The position numbers were made by a program, and so were the translations under genes. A stretch of 64,000 nucleotides of DNA from an uncultured virus (IMG/VR IMGVR_UViG_3300002514_000019) (taxonomy: Duplodnaviria; Heunggongvirae; Uroviricota; Caudoviricetes). Under the pieces are notes generated by a model. It made no database searches. It was not told where the DNA came from and was given only the letters and a program-made list of their open reading frames with translations. The stretch lies in the IMG/VR virus record IMGVR_UViG_3300002514_000019, positions 1 to 64,000 of that record; one strand, 5' to 3'. This document shows positions 1 through 9,922 of the stretch, piece by piece (positions within the stretch are counted from its first letter, which is position 1; each line of letters opens with the position of its first letter).

Positions 1-148
1 CATATACAATTCCCATTGAAGGAAGTGGAACGGATTCAACAGGGATAGAAATACCAAAATCCTGTTCCATTACGTTTCTTGTGGGTATACCTTGCTGGCC
101 CCCAGAAAAAACCTGGTTTCTATTTTCGCGTGTTTGCTCTTCAGACAT
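1..148 (-). CDS. Baseplate hub assembly protein, T4 gp26-like (N-terminal part, runs off window)
   Basis: Own translation from ATG at 148: MSEEQTRENRNQVFSGGQQGIPTRNVMEQDFGISIPVESVPLPSMGIVY; the VESVPLPSxGxxY motif resembles gp26-like N-termini; AGGAG RBS at 157-161; follows tail tube gene. Confidence 0.6.
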   Translation of the reverse strand, partial: MSEEQTRENRNQVFSGGQQGIPTRNVMEQDFGISIPVESVPLPSMGIVY

Positions 149-236
149 TTATTAGACTCCTCAACATTAAAGCTTGAACCATAAATAAATATCCGCTATT
201 TAAATTTTAAGTAAAATAAAAAAGGAAAGATGGCAT

Positions 237-262
237 AAAAAAACCCCCTTAAGAAAGGGGGT
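237..262 (-). terminator. Rho-independent terminator after tail tube gene
   Basis: Stem ACCCCCTT/AAGGGGGT (243-250, 255-262), 4-nt loop, followed on the minus strand by a T-run. Confidence 0.85.
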
Positions 263-289
263 CTAATTTTTAGATAGCCCTAAAGAATA

Positions 290-778
290 TTAGTACTGTA
301 GCACACAGTTATCAAATCGTAGTGTCAAGGAAATTTCCATTGGATCCTCAGCACCATAATCTAGATCACCATAAGCAGCGCTTGTGATAAAGCATCCCTT
401 CATATCCCAAAGTTCTATGACTGTACCCACCGGATCCAGCAACTTGATTTGACAATCTCTTTTGTAAAAATCAGCATAGCCTGCACGACCTGACACTGAC
501 TCAAAATGAGTTCGTACCCACTCCATCACCTGTTGGGCACCAGAAGGAGCAATGGCATCATGTAATGTAACTGTCATCGTCTCAAACTTTGTCTTACCAG
601 CTAAATATCGAGTTGAGTTCAGGAATGAAACTTCCTGCTCAGTCGTGGTGAAAGTTGGGCGAGCGGCGGTCTTTATCAAAAATGAGTCAATTCCTTCTAT
701 CGCAAATATCCATCTAAACTTGCGCTTTGGCTCAAATTTATTAGGTAGCATATCTATAACTGATAATGTCTCTGCCAT
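290..778 (-). CDS. Tail tube protein (T4 gp19-like)
   Basis: 162 aa; FEPKRKFRW, GRAGYADFYKRD, LLDPVGTVIELWDMKGCF, ISLTLRFD motifs typical of gp19-family tubes; directly downstream of the sheath genes; AGGAG RBS. Confidence 0.9.
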   Translation of the reverse strand: MAETLSVIDMLPNKFEPKRKFRWIFAIEGIDSFLIKTAARPTFTTTEQEVSFLNSTRYLAGKTKFETMTVTLHDAIAPSGAQQVMEWVRTHFESVSGRAGYADFYKRDCQIKLLDPVGTVIELWDMKGCFITSAAYGDLDYGAEDPMEISLTLRFDNCVLQY

Positions 779-880
779 TCTTTAATCTCCTAGAGTGTAT
801 CCTAAATTGTTTCCTTATTTAAATATGGCGCAAGAGATGAATTATCCCCAATTCGGCGCCACCTTTATATTAACTCTTCC

Positions 881-3800
881 CTAAGCCCCCTGCCCGGGTC
901 CTGTAACTACGAAGTCTAGCGCAATAAACTCAACCGACTTTGTAGGTTGAAGGAATATCTTTCCACGGATTGTGTTATTTTCCACGTCCGCTTGTGTTGT
1001 AGTTGACGAATCAATTACCACACGGTACCTATCAACCCCCTGGTGGGATTGTGCATATGAAAGAATCGGATCAACTGCCGATGAGAATTTCGCCAATGTA
1101 GTAGCGCGGTTGGGCTCAAACAGTATTGTGTTCGCGACATTTCGCACCTTACGGCGGATATCTATAAGCAGTCGACGAACATTAATACGATCCAGTGCTG
1201 ATTGTGCTTTATAAAGCGTCTTATTCCCCATCACCGCCAATCCATAAGACGGCATCGCTGTAATTGGGTTAATGTCAGCGGCGTAAATCTTGTCCATATT
1301 TGCAGGGAAGAACTTAACCTTCGATTCTTTTGCATTCTGAATCTTTGCACGATTAACACCTGCAGGTGCGAACCATGGCTGTCCTATACTATCATTATAT
1401 CCTATTGCACCCAGCGCGCAAACCGTAGCAGGTGCTGTCATTGTCTCACCATCGCTATCCTGTATAATAACATCCGGATAGTATGCGGCAGCAAATGAAC
1501 TATCTAAATTACGATCATTGAAGCGCCGTACGGTGTTAGTTATACTCTGGTCATTCGCCATTTCGGACCCCGTCACAAACTGGTCACTTGCATCTTTTAA
1601 TTCGATATCCATCAAATAAAGTGCGTCGAAACGATCTTCCATTGCGTCCATGGCATAATTTGTGATAGATGGATGTCGAATCCCTGGAATTGCAAGTAGC
1701 TGTATGTCAACGTTTGCAGACTCTTCCAGAATATCAACAGCTTTTCGGTATGCTACCACCGTCGGGCCCTCTATACCCCCCTGGTTTGTATTATCAAATT
1801 CTCTACGAACGGCCGTGGTGGACATCTTATCTTTCTCTTTATCAAAGATATTGAGGCCATCAAAGCCTCCCTGAAGGAAGAAAGAGAAGTTCAAATATGA
1901 ATTAATGTTTAAGGTTGTAAAGTCGTCTGGTGTTAAGAAACGACCTGCCTGTGTACGAGGTAGTTGGCCGGTTGCACCATCTTTATCTTTAGGATCTTTC
2001 GTATTACTATATACCATTTCACGTAAACGACTATCTCTACGGTAGAGCCAAGCAACTGCCTGGTTTATATCAGGACCGGCATCGCGTGCAGGATCACCAA
2101 CACTAGCTGTAATTACCTGAATATTTTCCAGCGTAAAACTATTGTTGTTGAACTTATCACAGTCTAAAACCGTCCCTCCCCGTGAAGGTGTACCCGCGTT
2201 GTTCCCTACAGAAGCATTTTGAAAGGTTGTCTGGTAGTCAGGGTAATATTTAACCCAACTTTTAAAGCTTTTATTAAACTTGGCGGACTTGCTATCTGTT
2301 GGTTGCTTTACAGACGTCTTTTGCTCAAATTGTATGCCCCAGTATGGCCAGGATGTGGCCGTCGCAGCTGGAACTTTGGATGCCGCGCGGGCTGCAGGGG
2401 AGCTTCCGCGGATTGGGATCATTGACCCCAAACACTCACGCATAGGCATTGGAAGCTCTACTAGATCTCTAAATGCATCATCAACGCTTCCAGCTGATTG
2501 CCAAGCGGCAATTGTAGGTTGTCCGATGGTATCACTGGCTACCGTAAGTTTACTAGCGACAGCGGTGACGCTCTGAACAATATCAGACCCGGAAGTTACA
2601 AGGTGCGCATGGCCTCTAAAGCCGCATGGTACCGTCTTAACATCAACTGTGGGTGCACCTTCTTCCAACATGGGATTAAGCTCAAGTCGAATGTATTTTG
2701 ACTTGTTAGGATATTTACCTTCGACCACTAAAACTTGATCGGTTGTCTCCTTGTCCCAGTCGTAAAAGCGGTTCATATCACCGACCATCCTACCAACAAA
2801 GTTGGCATCATCCGGATCAAGCGTACAAGCTTTGAATGTTTCGACCGCTGGGCCTGTAACTGCATTACTTCCATAATCTAGATCATCTATGTGTCTTACT
2901 TCTAGATCAAATGTTGAATACACGTTGGGATCTGTGTGTGCAGTAATATTGGAGACACTCATCTTGATACGATTAGGTAATAAGTCTGTCTGTGGATCCT
3001 CCCAAGTGCCAGCACCATCTGCTATCGCATGAACCCTAAAGAGGTTTAGTGGGTTAGCACCAAAGTTTTGTGAGATTACCCATGGGGATATTGCATGCTT
3101 ATAACGATCTTCGAATCCCTCAAAGTTTGGAATTCCCGCCGAACCCACAACCATACCATCACCCTCACCATTAGTTGGTGCCAGTATTGTCGCTGTGCTT
3201 AGCGCCGATCCGCTGTTGTATGATAGTGAGGAGGTCAGCAGGAACGCAATCTTGTCACCGAACCCAATATAATTTGTGGGCTCAGGATAGGTATACCCAC
3301 CTGGGGATGCATTAACACAATCCACCCTAGAGAATGCACCTGATACTACGGCAAGTTGAGGGTGGACATCCCAGTGAGAATAAAGAACATATCCATGCTC
3401 CTCTAGAGCAGAAATATCCTGGTTCATCTTGGCTGCAAAGTAAGATTCACCCTGCATGTCAAAAGATGCTGTCACATAGCGTGTATTACCGGTGTGCCCA
3501 TTAATGAACATAACAAACCCGTCATCAGGTAAGTTAACATTCTTCGTGTCAGGTGCCGCCAGGGCGTTGGTGTTGCCCGCTTTCCTAACAAGACCAACAG
3601 GACCACCAACATTATTGTTGCTAGCAACTGTAGGTGTGGAAATAATATTTACCTGGCCCGGGCCCTTTGCACCTGATAGTGTAAGAGTAACACCACTCGC
3701 TGCCATAAGAATACCACGCAAGATCGGCTTACTTCCGGTCACATGAGCGGCGCCTGTGCCCCAGCCGGTGTTGCCGATGCTGGGTATAATTCCGGAGTCC

Positions 3801-4324
3801 GAAAATATGGATGATTCTCTCATCTCGGCCCCGGTGAGGCCATTGGAGCCTGAGCTCATAAAACAACCAAAGAGGTATGTTCTACCGGTAGAAGCATCCG
3901 CTACGCCTGTAGCAGAAGCCAGAGCATGAGGGTTGTTCCCTAACTGGCCGTCGGCCTGGACCAATTGTCCTCCGACAACAAAACCGGCATTGTTAACCCT
4001 TCCTGTATTATTACCTGTTGTCACACGGCGTTTGCCATCACCGGCGCCAAGAACACGTAGATATGTACCGGCAGAGCGATTTGCTAGCCATTGTCTCATG
4101 GCCATGGGGCCAAATGTTCGATCTGACTTCCCTGTTGCAATATCTCCAAACCGTTCTACGAACTGTGTAAAATTAGCTACCGTGACAGGCACGAATGCAG
4201 GCCCGGTTCGGGAGGGACCGACAACGGCTGCAGGAACTCCTGTGGGCGACTCTACGGGAGAGCCACCTGTGAGGTCAATTTCGGAGGCTTTTACACCCGG
4301 TGATCCAAACGTTACGTTAGACAT
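881..4324 (-). CDS. Tail sheath protein (gp18-like), paralog 2, 1147 aa
   Basis: N-term SPGVKASEIDL..GPAFVPVTV; C-term PWFAPAG, INPI, LDRINVRRLL, ILFEPN, LQPTKSVEFIALDF sheath motifs. Confidence 0.92.
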   Translation of the reverse strand: MSNVTFGSPGVKASEIDLTGGSPVESPTGVPAAVVGPSRTGPAFVPVTVANFTQFVERFGDIATGKSDRTFGPMAMRQWLANRSAGTYLRVLGAGDGKRRVTTGNNTGRVNNAGFVVGGQLVQADGQLGNNPHALASATGVADASTGRTYLFGCFMSSGSNGLTGAEMRESSIFSDSGIIPSIGNTGWGTGAAHVTGSKPILRGILMAASGVTLTLSGAKGPGQVNIISTPTVASNNNVGGPVGLVRKAGNTNALAAPDTKNVNLPDDGFVMFINGHTGNTRYVTASFDMQGESYFAAKMNQDISALEEHGYVLYSHWDVHPQLAVVSGAFSRVDCVNASPGGYTYPEPTNYIGFGDKIAFLLTSSLSYNSGSALSTATILAPTNGEGDGMVVGSAGIPNFEGFEDRYKHAISPWVISQNFGANPLNLFRVHAIADGAGTWEDPQTDLLPNRIKMSVSNITAHTDPNVYSTFDLEVRHIDDLDYGSNAVTGPAVETFKACTLDPDDANFVGRMVGDMNRFYDWDKETTDQVLVVEGKYPNKSKYIRLELNPMLEEGAPTVDVKTVPCGFRGHAHLVTSGSDIVQSVTAVASKLTVASDTIGQPTIAAWQSAGSVDDAFRDLVELPMPMRECLGSMIPIRGSSPAARAASKVPAATATSWPYWGIQFEQKTSVKQPTDSKSAKFNKSFKSWVKYYPDYQTTFQNASVGNNAGTPSRGGTVLDCDKFNNNSFTLENIQVITASVGDPARDAGPDINQAVAWLYRRDSRLREMVYSNTKDPKDKDGATGQLPRTQAGRFLTPDDFTTLNINSYLNFSFFLQGGFDGLNIFDKEKDKMSTTAVRREFDNTNQGGIEGPTVVAYRKAVDILEESANVDIQLLAIPGIRHPSITNYAMDAMEDRFDALYLMDIELKDASDQFVTGSEMANDQSITNTVRRFNDRNLDSSFAAAYYPDVIIQDSDGETMTAPATVCALGAIGYNDSIGQPWFAPAGVNRAKIQNAKESKVKFFPANMDKIYAADINPITAMPSYGLAVMGNKTLYKAQSALDRINVRRLLIDIRRKVRNVANTILFEPNRATTLAKFSSAVDPILSYAQSHQGVDRYRVVIDSSTTTQADVENNTIRGKIFLQPTKSVEFIALDFVVTGPGQGA

Positions 4325-4363
4325 TCTCTAAACTCCTATTTCTATCTTTTACATATGTATTCA

Positions 4364-7300
4364 TTACTGGAAGGTAACCCCTGCTTGATCAATAATGAAG
4401 TCCATGGCAATAAACTCTACGCTTCGCGTCGGTACCACAATAATTCTACCATTGAGGCGGTGATTTAAACGATCCGACTCTGTGTTGTTAGTGTCATCCA
4501 TTACCACGCGGAACCTCTCAATGCCTTGTGCGGCCTGAATGGATGCAAGTATTGGTGTGACATTTGATACAAATCTTGAACGTACAGCAGGCGTATTTTG
4601 TTCAAATAACAACCTTCTGGCCACATTAATTATCTGTCTCTTAAGCTCAAGTAACATTCTACGAACGTTAACCCTGTCTAGGGCCGACGGCGTGGCTTGT
4701 AGGTTTTTCTGTCCGAAGATAACAAACCCTGGATTATTATTTGATCCCGCCGTTGGTAAGGTTGCAATGGGGTTGATACGACCTTCGTAAAGTGTATCGC
4801 GATCCGATGCAGCCAATCTTAGCGTGGTGTTAGATACACTTGCTAGTGACCCTCTAGAAAAGCCTGCAGGAGCAAACCATGGGCTTTGCATTCTGTCATT
4901 TAATCCTAACGCGCCCAATACAGCAGTTGATGCCGGCTGGCGAACTATCCTTCCGGTCTGGGGGTCAGCTGCAAAGACATCCGGGAAATATGTAGCAACA
5001 TAATTGTTGTCTATATTTTTCATTTCCAGCTCTAGGGTAGTTTGTTTTACCTGAGGTCTTTCGACTGAGTCTGCATATAGCCTACGACCATTTTCATCAT
5101 ACCCGGGAATATCCATTATATAGATGGCTAGCCCATACTCTCTGACCAGGTCACTTACAGTATCAGTAACAAGATCACTTCGTATACCCGGTACCGCCAG
5201 GATATTAATCATCGACTGGTACTTATTTGTCATTATACGAGATGCAAAGTTATATGCCGTTATATTCTGGTTTTTATTTCCGGTACCCGCAGGATTTGTT
5301 GTTCCATTTGTCTGCGTTCCCAGTCCAGTATCGCTATAGTCAGTAGCAGCTTTACCTCCGGAAAGGTCCGCGGAGGAAGCACGATCATTCATGAAAAATT
5401 GATCTTTATCCAGAATATTCAGGCCGTCGAAACCACCATAGAAAATATTCGTGAACTTTGCATATGAACTAAATCTATTCCACACCGCAGAAGATGTTGC
5501 AAACAGCGTAGCGAACGTTATTCTACTAAGGCCGGTTGCATTAGGATCAAGGATAGTCCCGTCCGTTGTACTTACCACCCCATTTCGAATGTACGCGGCT
5601 TCTTTCATCTCAGTTTTGAGTGCGCCTGTTAAGAATGATATATGCCCAGCAGTATCCAGTTGGGTCCTTAGAGCGACGCGTGACAATGAAAACTTGTTAT
5701 TATTGAAGACGTCTGCGCCCGTACCCGTAACCAAGGTATCCATTTTTTTGATACCCACAAACTTCGTATAGGCATCCACAATTCGATTAAGCGTTGCCCC
5801 CGCGTTGGGTTGTAAGACTGTATTATTCAGCCCGGTTTCAACCTGCGAAGAAGATGCAACTAGTAAAGTATTTTGAACCCCCCAATAAAGGTTTTTATTG
5901 GCACGCTCATCAGCACCAGCCTGGCCAACCCATGTAGGATTGTCTTGAAGCGCGCCCTTTGTGCACTTAAACCTAAATGGTAGTGGAGGTACAATTCCAA
6001 ATCGTAACCTGCGTGCGATTGACCTAGTTGTTGAAGCCCCATCATCTGGATCGGCGCTAGCGCCCATGGCGCCACTAGACCAGAGTCGTGGTAGTTTGTT
6101 CGCGGTCTCGGCTCCGTCTAGATTTGTTTGGCCAAGGGCAACACCATTATAACTCAACACAGAACCTGAAAGGTCTGTCAACGAGTTTGTGGTTTTTAAA
6201 GTTGGTACTCCCCGGAAACCAAATACACCAGCAGACTCTGGAACGTCACCATTCTTAAGTTGCTTACTTAACTGAACCCTTACATACGCGGACTTGACTG
6301 GCCACTGTCCTGTGACAATAATGTTTTTCTCATCCTCATACTCGGAGTCAAAATTAACCTTGTACTTGATGTCACCTATTCTTTTTCCGACATAATTTGA
6401 ACTTCGCGGGTCTAAATTACACTCCGTAAAGGATTCTAAGATCACTCTTTTCTTATCCGTATCCGTAAATTTACGAATCTCCACATCAAATGAAGGATAA
6501 GGATATGAAGGATCAGCAGATTTCCTTAGATTACTAATTGATGCCTTAAACTTATCATTTGCATGAGCTCCGTCATCTAAAGCCTCGAGGTAAAATAGGT
6601 CCCACTCTGTTCCAGCGTAAGGTTGCGAAATAAACATTGTTGTGCGTGGTGACGTATACCTAGCATCAAACCTTCCATATGCCTGCAGAAACTCTGAAGG
6701 AGATATTTCACCACTAGTATTACTATGGGCCTTACTCCCCGAACAAAGTGCAACCGAACCGGTAATAGGGCTTAGCCTACAAATATTATGATCTACTGGC
6801 CAGTGTGCATAAAGAAGGTGAGATTCCTCCTGAAACTTGAGAGGATCAGTATTAAGAACATTTGAAAGGTAGTTGATGTTTGAAGGATCAAGGGACGCAG
6901 TTAGAACTCTTAAGCCGGTAAGGCCTGAAGGCGCTGTTCCAAAATTCTGTGTAGAACTAGAAATAACTAGTTTGAAACCCTTTCTTGTCCCTTCTCTATT
7001 GATAAAGCTTGAACCGGCCGTGGTGAAATCACCAAAGGGTGTTGCCTGATCGCCATAGGCCGCGTCGGTCCAGTTTCTTCCGCTGGTGGGGCCACCAACA
7101 TTTGGCTGGGGATATCTAGACGTTCCGGCAAAGGCGCCGTTATCACCATCTAGAAGCTGTAGCCTGGTTCCCGTAGCTACCAAAATCATAGCTCTCGTTA
7201 GAACCAGACCGCTAGCGGATTTTTGAGAGTGAGCAGCTTCCTGCAAGTTTGCTAAAACGCTAACTGGAAAACTATCATTCTGAGTAAACATTGGAAACCC

Positions 7301-7777
7301 AATGCCCTCTTGTGAACCTGATATCTCATGAAGCGCGTTGATAAATGTAACGGCACCTACTGCGCCTCCTGGGACGGAGGAGTTAAATGCCGGAGCACCT
7401 GGAACGGAGCTGGCCTTGCCAGAAATCTCAGAACCGGATAACCTGAACCCAGCGTTCCTAACGGTTCCCTGTCGAGCTGTAGTAAGAAAATCTGCAGCCG
7501 AATTATTGGAACCAGCGCCTAAAACTCTCATGTAGGTGCACGCTTGTTGCGTCTTCAAGTACTCTGCCAGGGCATAAGGCCCCGCCATGTGTTGGTTTAA
7601 ATCACCGAAAGTCTTAATAAAATCATCAAGACTGGCCACGGTGACTGGAATAAATGCGGGGCCCCGCTGGGCAACACCAATCACACCTGCGGGTGTGCCT
7701 TGCGGTGATGTTGTCGGAAGCCCTATATCAACTTCGCGGGGATAAAAACCCGGGGATTTAAATGTTTGCTCAGCCAT
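4364..7777 (-). CDS. Tail sheath protein (gp18-like), paralog 1, 1137 aa
   Basis: SPGFYPREVD..GPAFIPVTV; PWFAPAGFSRG, INPIAT, LDRVNVRRML, LLFEQN, VPTRSVEFIAMDF. Confidence 0.92.
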   Translation of the reverse strand: MAEQTFKSPGFYPREVDIGLPTTSPQGTPAGVIGVAQRGPAFIPVTVASLDDFIKTFGDLNQHMAGPYALAEYLKTQQACTYMRVLGAGSNNSAADFLTTARQGTVRNAGFRLSGSEISGKASSVPGAPAFNSSVPGGAVGAVTFINALHEISGSQEGIGFPMFTQNDSFPVSVLANLQEAAHSQKSASGLVLTRAMILVATGTRLQLLDGDNGAFAGTSRYPQPNVGGPTSGRNWTDAAYGDQATPFGDFTTAGSSFINREGTRKGFKLVISSSTQNFGTAPSGLTGLRVLTASLDPSNINYLSNVLNTDPLKFQEESHLLYAHWPVDHNICRLSPITGSVALCSGSKAHSNTSGEISPSEFLQAYGRFDARYTSPRTTMFISQPYAGTEWDLFYLEALDDGAHANDKFKASISNLRKSADPSYPYPSFDVEIRKFTDTDKKRVILESFTECNLDPRSSNYVGKRIGDIKYKVNFDSEYEDEKNIIVTGQWPVKSAYVRVQLSKQLKNGDVPESAGVFGFRGVPTLKTTNSLTDLSGSVLSYNGVALGQTNLDGAETANKLPRLWSSGAMGASADPDDGASTTRSIARRLRFGIVPPLPFRFKCTKGALQDNPTWVGQAGADERANKNLYWGVQNTLLVASSSQVETGLNNTVLQPNAGATLNRIVDAYTKFVGIKKMDTLVTGTGADVFNNNKFSLSRVALRTQLDTAGHISFLTGALKTEMKEAAYIRNGVVSTTDGTILDPNATGLSRITFATLFATSSAVWNRFSSYAKFTNIFYGGFDGLNILDKDQFFMNDRASSADLSGGKAATDYSDTGLGTQTNGTTNPAGTGNKNQNITAYNFASRIMTNKYQSMINILAVPGIRSDLVTDTVSDLVREYGLAIYIMDIPGYDENGRRLYADSVERPQVKQTTLELEMKNIDNNYVATYFPDVFAADPQTGRIVRQPASTAVLGALGLNDRMQSPWFAPAGFSRGSLASVSNTTLRLAASDRDTLYEGRINPIATLPTAGSNNNPGFVIFGQKNLQATPSALDRVNVRRMLLELKRQIINVARRLLFEQNTPAVRSRFVSNVTPILASIQAAQGIERFRVVMDDTNNTESDRLNHRLNGRIIVVPTRSVEFIAMDFIIDQAGVTFQ

Positions 7778-7865
7778 TCACTAGTCTCCTTGGACTTAAC
7801 TCTTTACTGAAATAAGTATAACGTCCATAACTTAAAATACCGACCCTTATCGCCGAATATTGTGT

Positions 7866-9218
7866 TTACATATCTAAATTTTCTAAAAACTCAAAATCAG
7901 TGTTAATTTTCCCAGTATTGGGATCCTTAAAAATTGTTTCTCCCTTGCGTGTAGATGCTCGTGCCTTCAACGGATCCTTGTACTTTTTACCGGTAAACGG
8001 ATCAGTCAAAATTTTAGGAGAGGATACTAAACTTTTGCCGGCAACTGCACCTCCCACATTCACTGTCTTATGATTATTCACGGCGACGCCCTTTTTCAAG
8101 TTTGCATCGAAAGATGATGCTATGGCGTGACCACCACCTATTGCATCTGCAGGATAGTCACTATCCCACTCGTCTAAATCATCTAAAATATATTTTGATG
8201 GATCACCACTTGGTGGGCCATTTACTACCGTCTGCTGCAAGTCATTTTTATTTTCTATAATTTCAAATACAACGTCTGGAGAAGTAGTAAACGACCTGAA
8301 TGGTACCGGGGCACCGGTAAAATCAGGATTGATAATATACCCTGGAACTTCTGCATTGAAACTATACCTAACAAGCCTCTCGTTGTCGGCAAAGTCATCA
8401 AAATTTGTAGCAGATGTTATATCGGCATTCACATAGGCGACAAACCAATATCCTTTATCACTCTCTATGCGAAATGTACGCTGATTATTATCCTGGTATG
8501 AACTCATTAATGCCATCATCATTTCATTCATCTGTTGTGTATACTGGGCCCAGAAAGTCACTTCATAAGTAACAGTAAAAAACTTCGTAGGCGGAATAGT
8601 GATAATTTCATAAATATTTCGCCCAATATTATTGCGTAGAAGCTGGCCCTGGCGGGCCCTTAAACCAACTACCGGTTGGCGGCGGCGGGTGCCCACGGTC
8701 CCAGGCTTTGTGCTATAGGACTGTATCGAACCTGATGCCGCTGTATACATTCCGGGATCACGAAGAACATGTGTGGGACTTGCAACATTATCCTGATTTT
8801 TTAGACCATCCTTGTTTAATATGCGTTGATAGTTCACATCATCTTTGCTCAAACGCTTCTTAATTACCATAGGTGCATTCTGTCCTGGCATTGAGCCCTT
8901 CGTAGAATCTTGGGTAACTGTCGTTCTCATCATTGATATTAAGGGAAGAATAAGCGCGCCACTATTGTCACGGAGCGGGCGCTTTCTACGGAGTATAGCA
9001 AATCTCTCACCAGTAGCAAAAATAACCGGGATCCTCCGGGTATCTTTTTGAAGCTTATAAAAGAATGGAATCTCCTCATTAAAAAGATTAAAAAATGCCC
9101 TATCGATATCTTCAATGGTACATGAGGGTAAACTAAAGTCATCAGGAACATTAGTTCCCTCTAGGCCGGTGGGAACAGATACGTCGTCTGATATTGTTTT
9201 TGTATACCTGGTTGACAT
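7866..9218 (-). CDS. Tail terminator / sheath stabilizer (T4 gp15-like)
   Basis: TIEDIDRAF, IPVIFATGERFA, LILPLISMMR, VTYEVTFWAQYTQQMNE motifs; lies between neck and sheath genes. Confidence 0.7.
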   Translation of the reverse strand: MSTRYTKTISDDVSVPTGLEGTNVPDDFSLPSCTIEDIDRAFFNLFNEEIPFFYKLQKDTRRIPVIFATGERFAILRRKRPLRDNSGALILPLISMMRTTVTQDSTKGSMPGQNAPMVIKKRLSKDDVNYQRILNKDGLKNQDNVASPTHVLRDPGMYTAASGSIQSYSTKPGTVGTRRRQPVVGLRARQGQLLRNNIGRNIYEIITIPPTKFFTVTYEVTFWAQYTQQMNEMMMALMSSYQDNNQRTFRIESDKGYWFVAYVNADITSATNFDDFADNERLVRYSFNAEVPGYIINPDFTGAPVPFRSFTTSPDVVFEIIENKNDLQQTVVNGPPSGDPSKYILDDLDEWDSDYPADAIGGGHAIASSFDANLKKGVAVNNHKTVNVGGAVAGKSLVSSPKILTDPFTGKKYKDPLKARASTRKGETIFKDPNTGKINTDFEFLENLDM

Positions 9219-9228
9219 TTCTTATCTC

Positions 9229-9912
9229 CTAGGAGTCCGAGTAGAATGCAGAATCGATCGTGCCTATCTCATTCTCGCTTCCGGTTCCGCCTTTCTCTGA
9301 AACTTCTGCAGGACCGCTTATTGGTTTAGTTAATACGTCTTTCTTTTGTAATGATCGAACATCACCTGTTGGGCCTTCTGCATTTTCGGCAAATCCACGT
9401 TGCTGGATAAACGTCTCTTGCACTGCGTCCTTCTCAGAATACTCTTCGCCTAATGGCCCTATAGGATTCTTATCAATCTGTCCAATCCTGGCCTGTTTGC
9501 CTATTATTTTTATTCCAGTTGTATGCTCAATTTGCCCATATATCTGGCTCTGTTCTAGGACAGACGTAATCTCAAAAAAAGTTGTTCCATAACTAAAATA
9601 ATCACCCGCCTCTATTAATAATTCTTTATCTATCATGTCACGATACTGAATGTAAGCAGTTATAGAGTAATAATACTCCATACCAAACTCATTAGTTCGT
9701 ACATCGGACTCTTCCCATTCAACGCTTGAATCAATTTCTGTTGGTGGATCAAAAACCTTGTCTATAGATTCTTCATAGATATCATGAATAGCAGACAGGT
9801 CTTCTCTGGCCTTATAGAAATAGATCTTTTGACCGATTACATCCTTTATCAGTTCTTTATTTGTGTCCGCGATAAAGTCAATTTCGCGTGGTGTTATAAA
9901 CAGTCTTGCCAC
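9229..9912 (-). CDS. Neck / head-closure protein (gp14-like)
   Basis: ELIKDVIGQKIYFY, DIYEES, GDYFSYG..FFEI, IYGQ motifs; gp13-gp14-gp15 synteny. Confidence 0.7.
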   Translation of the reverse strand: MARLFITPREIDFIADTNKELIKDVIGQKIYFYKAREDLSAIHDIYEESIDKVFDPPTEIDSSVEWEESDVRTNEFGMEYYYSITAYIQYRDMIDKELLIEAGDYFSYGTTFFEITSVLEQSQIYGQIEHTTGIKIIGKQARIGQIDKNPIGPLGEEYSEKDAVQETFIQQRGFAENAEGPTGDVRSLQKKDVLTKPISGPAEVSEKGGTGSENEIGTIDSAFYSDS

Positions 9913-9922
9913 TACCTACCCC

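Noticed and set aside
290..7777. Interpretation as a bacterial eCIS or tailocin because of the two sheath genes
   Set aside because: Capsid, portal, protease, terminase and neck genes are all present, so this is a phage
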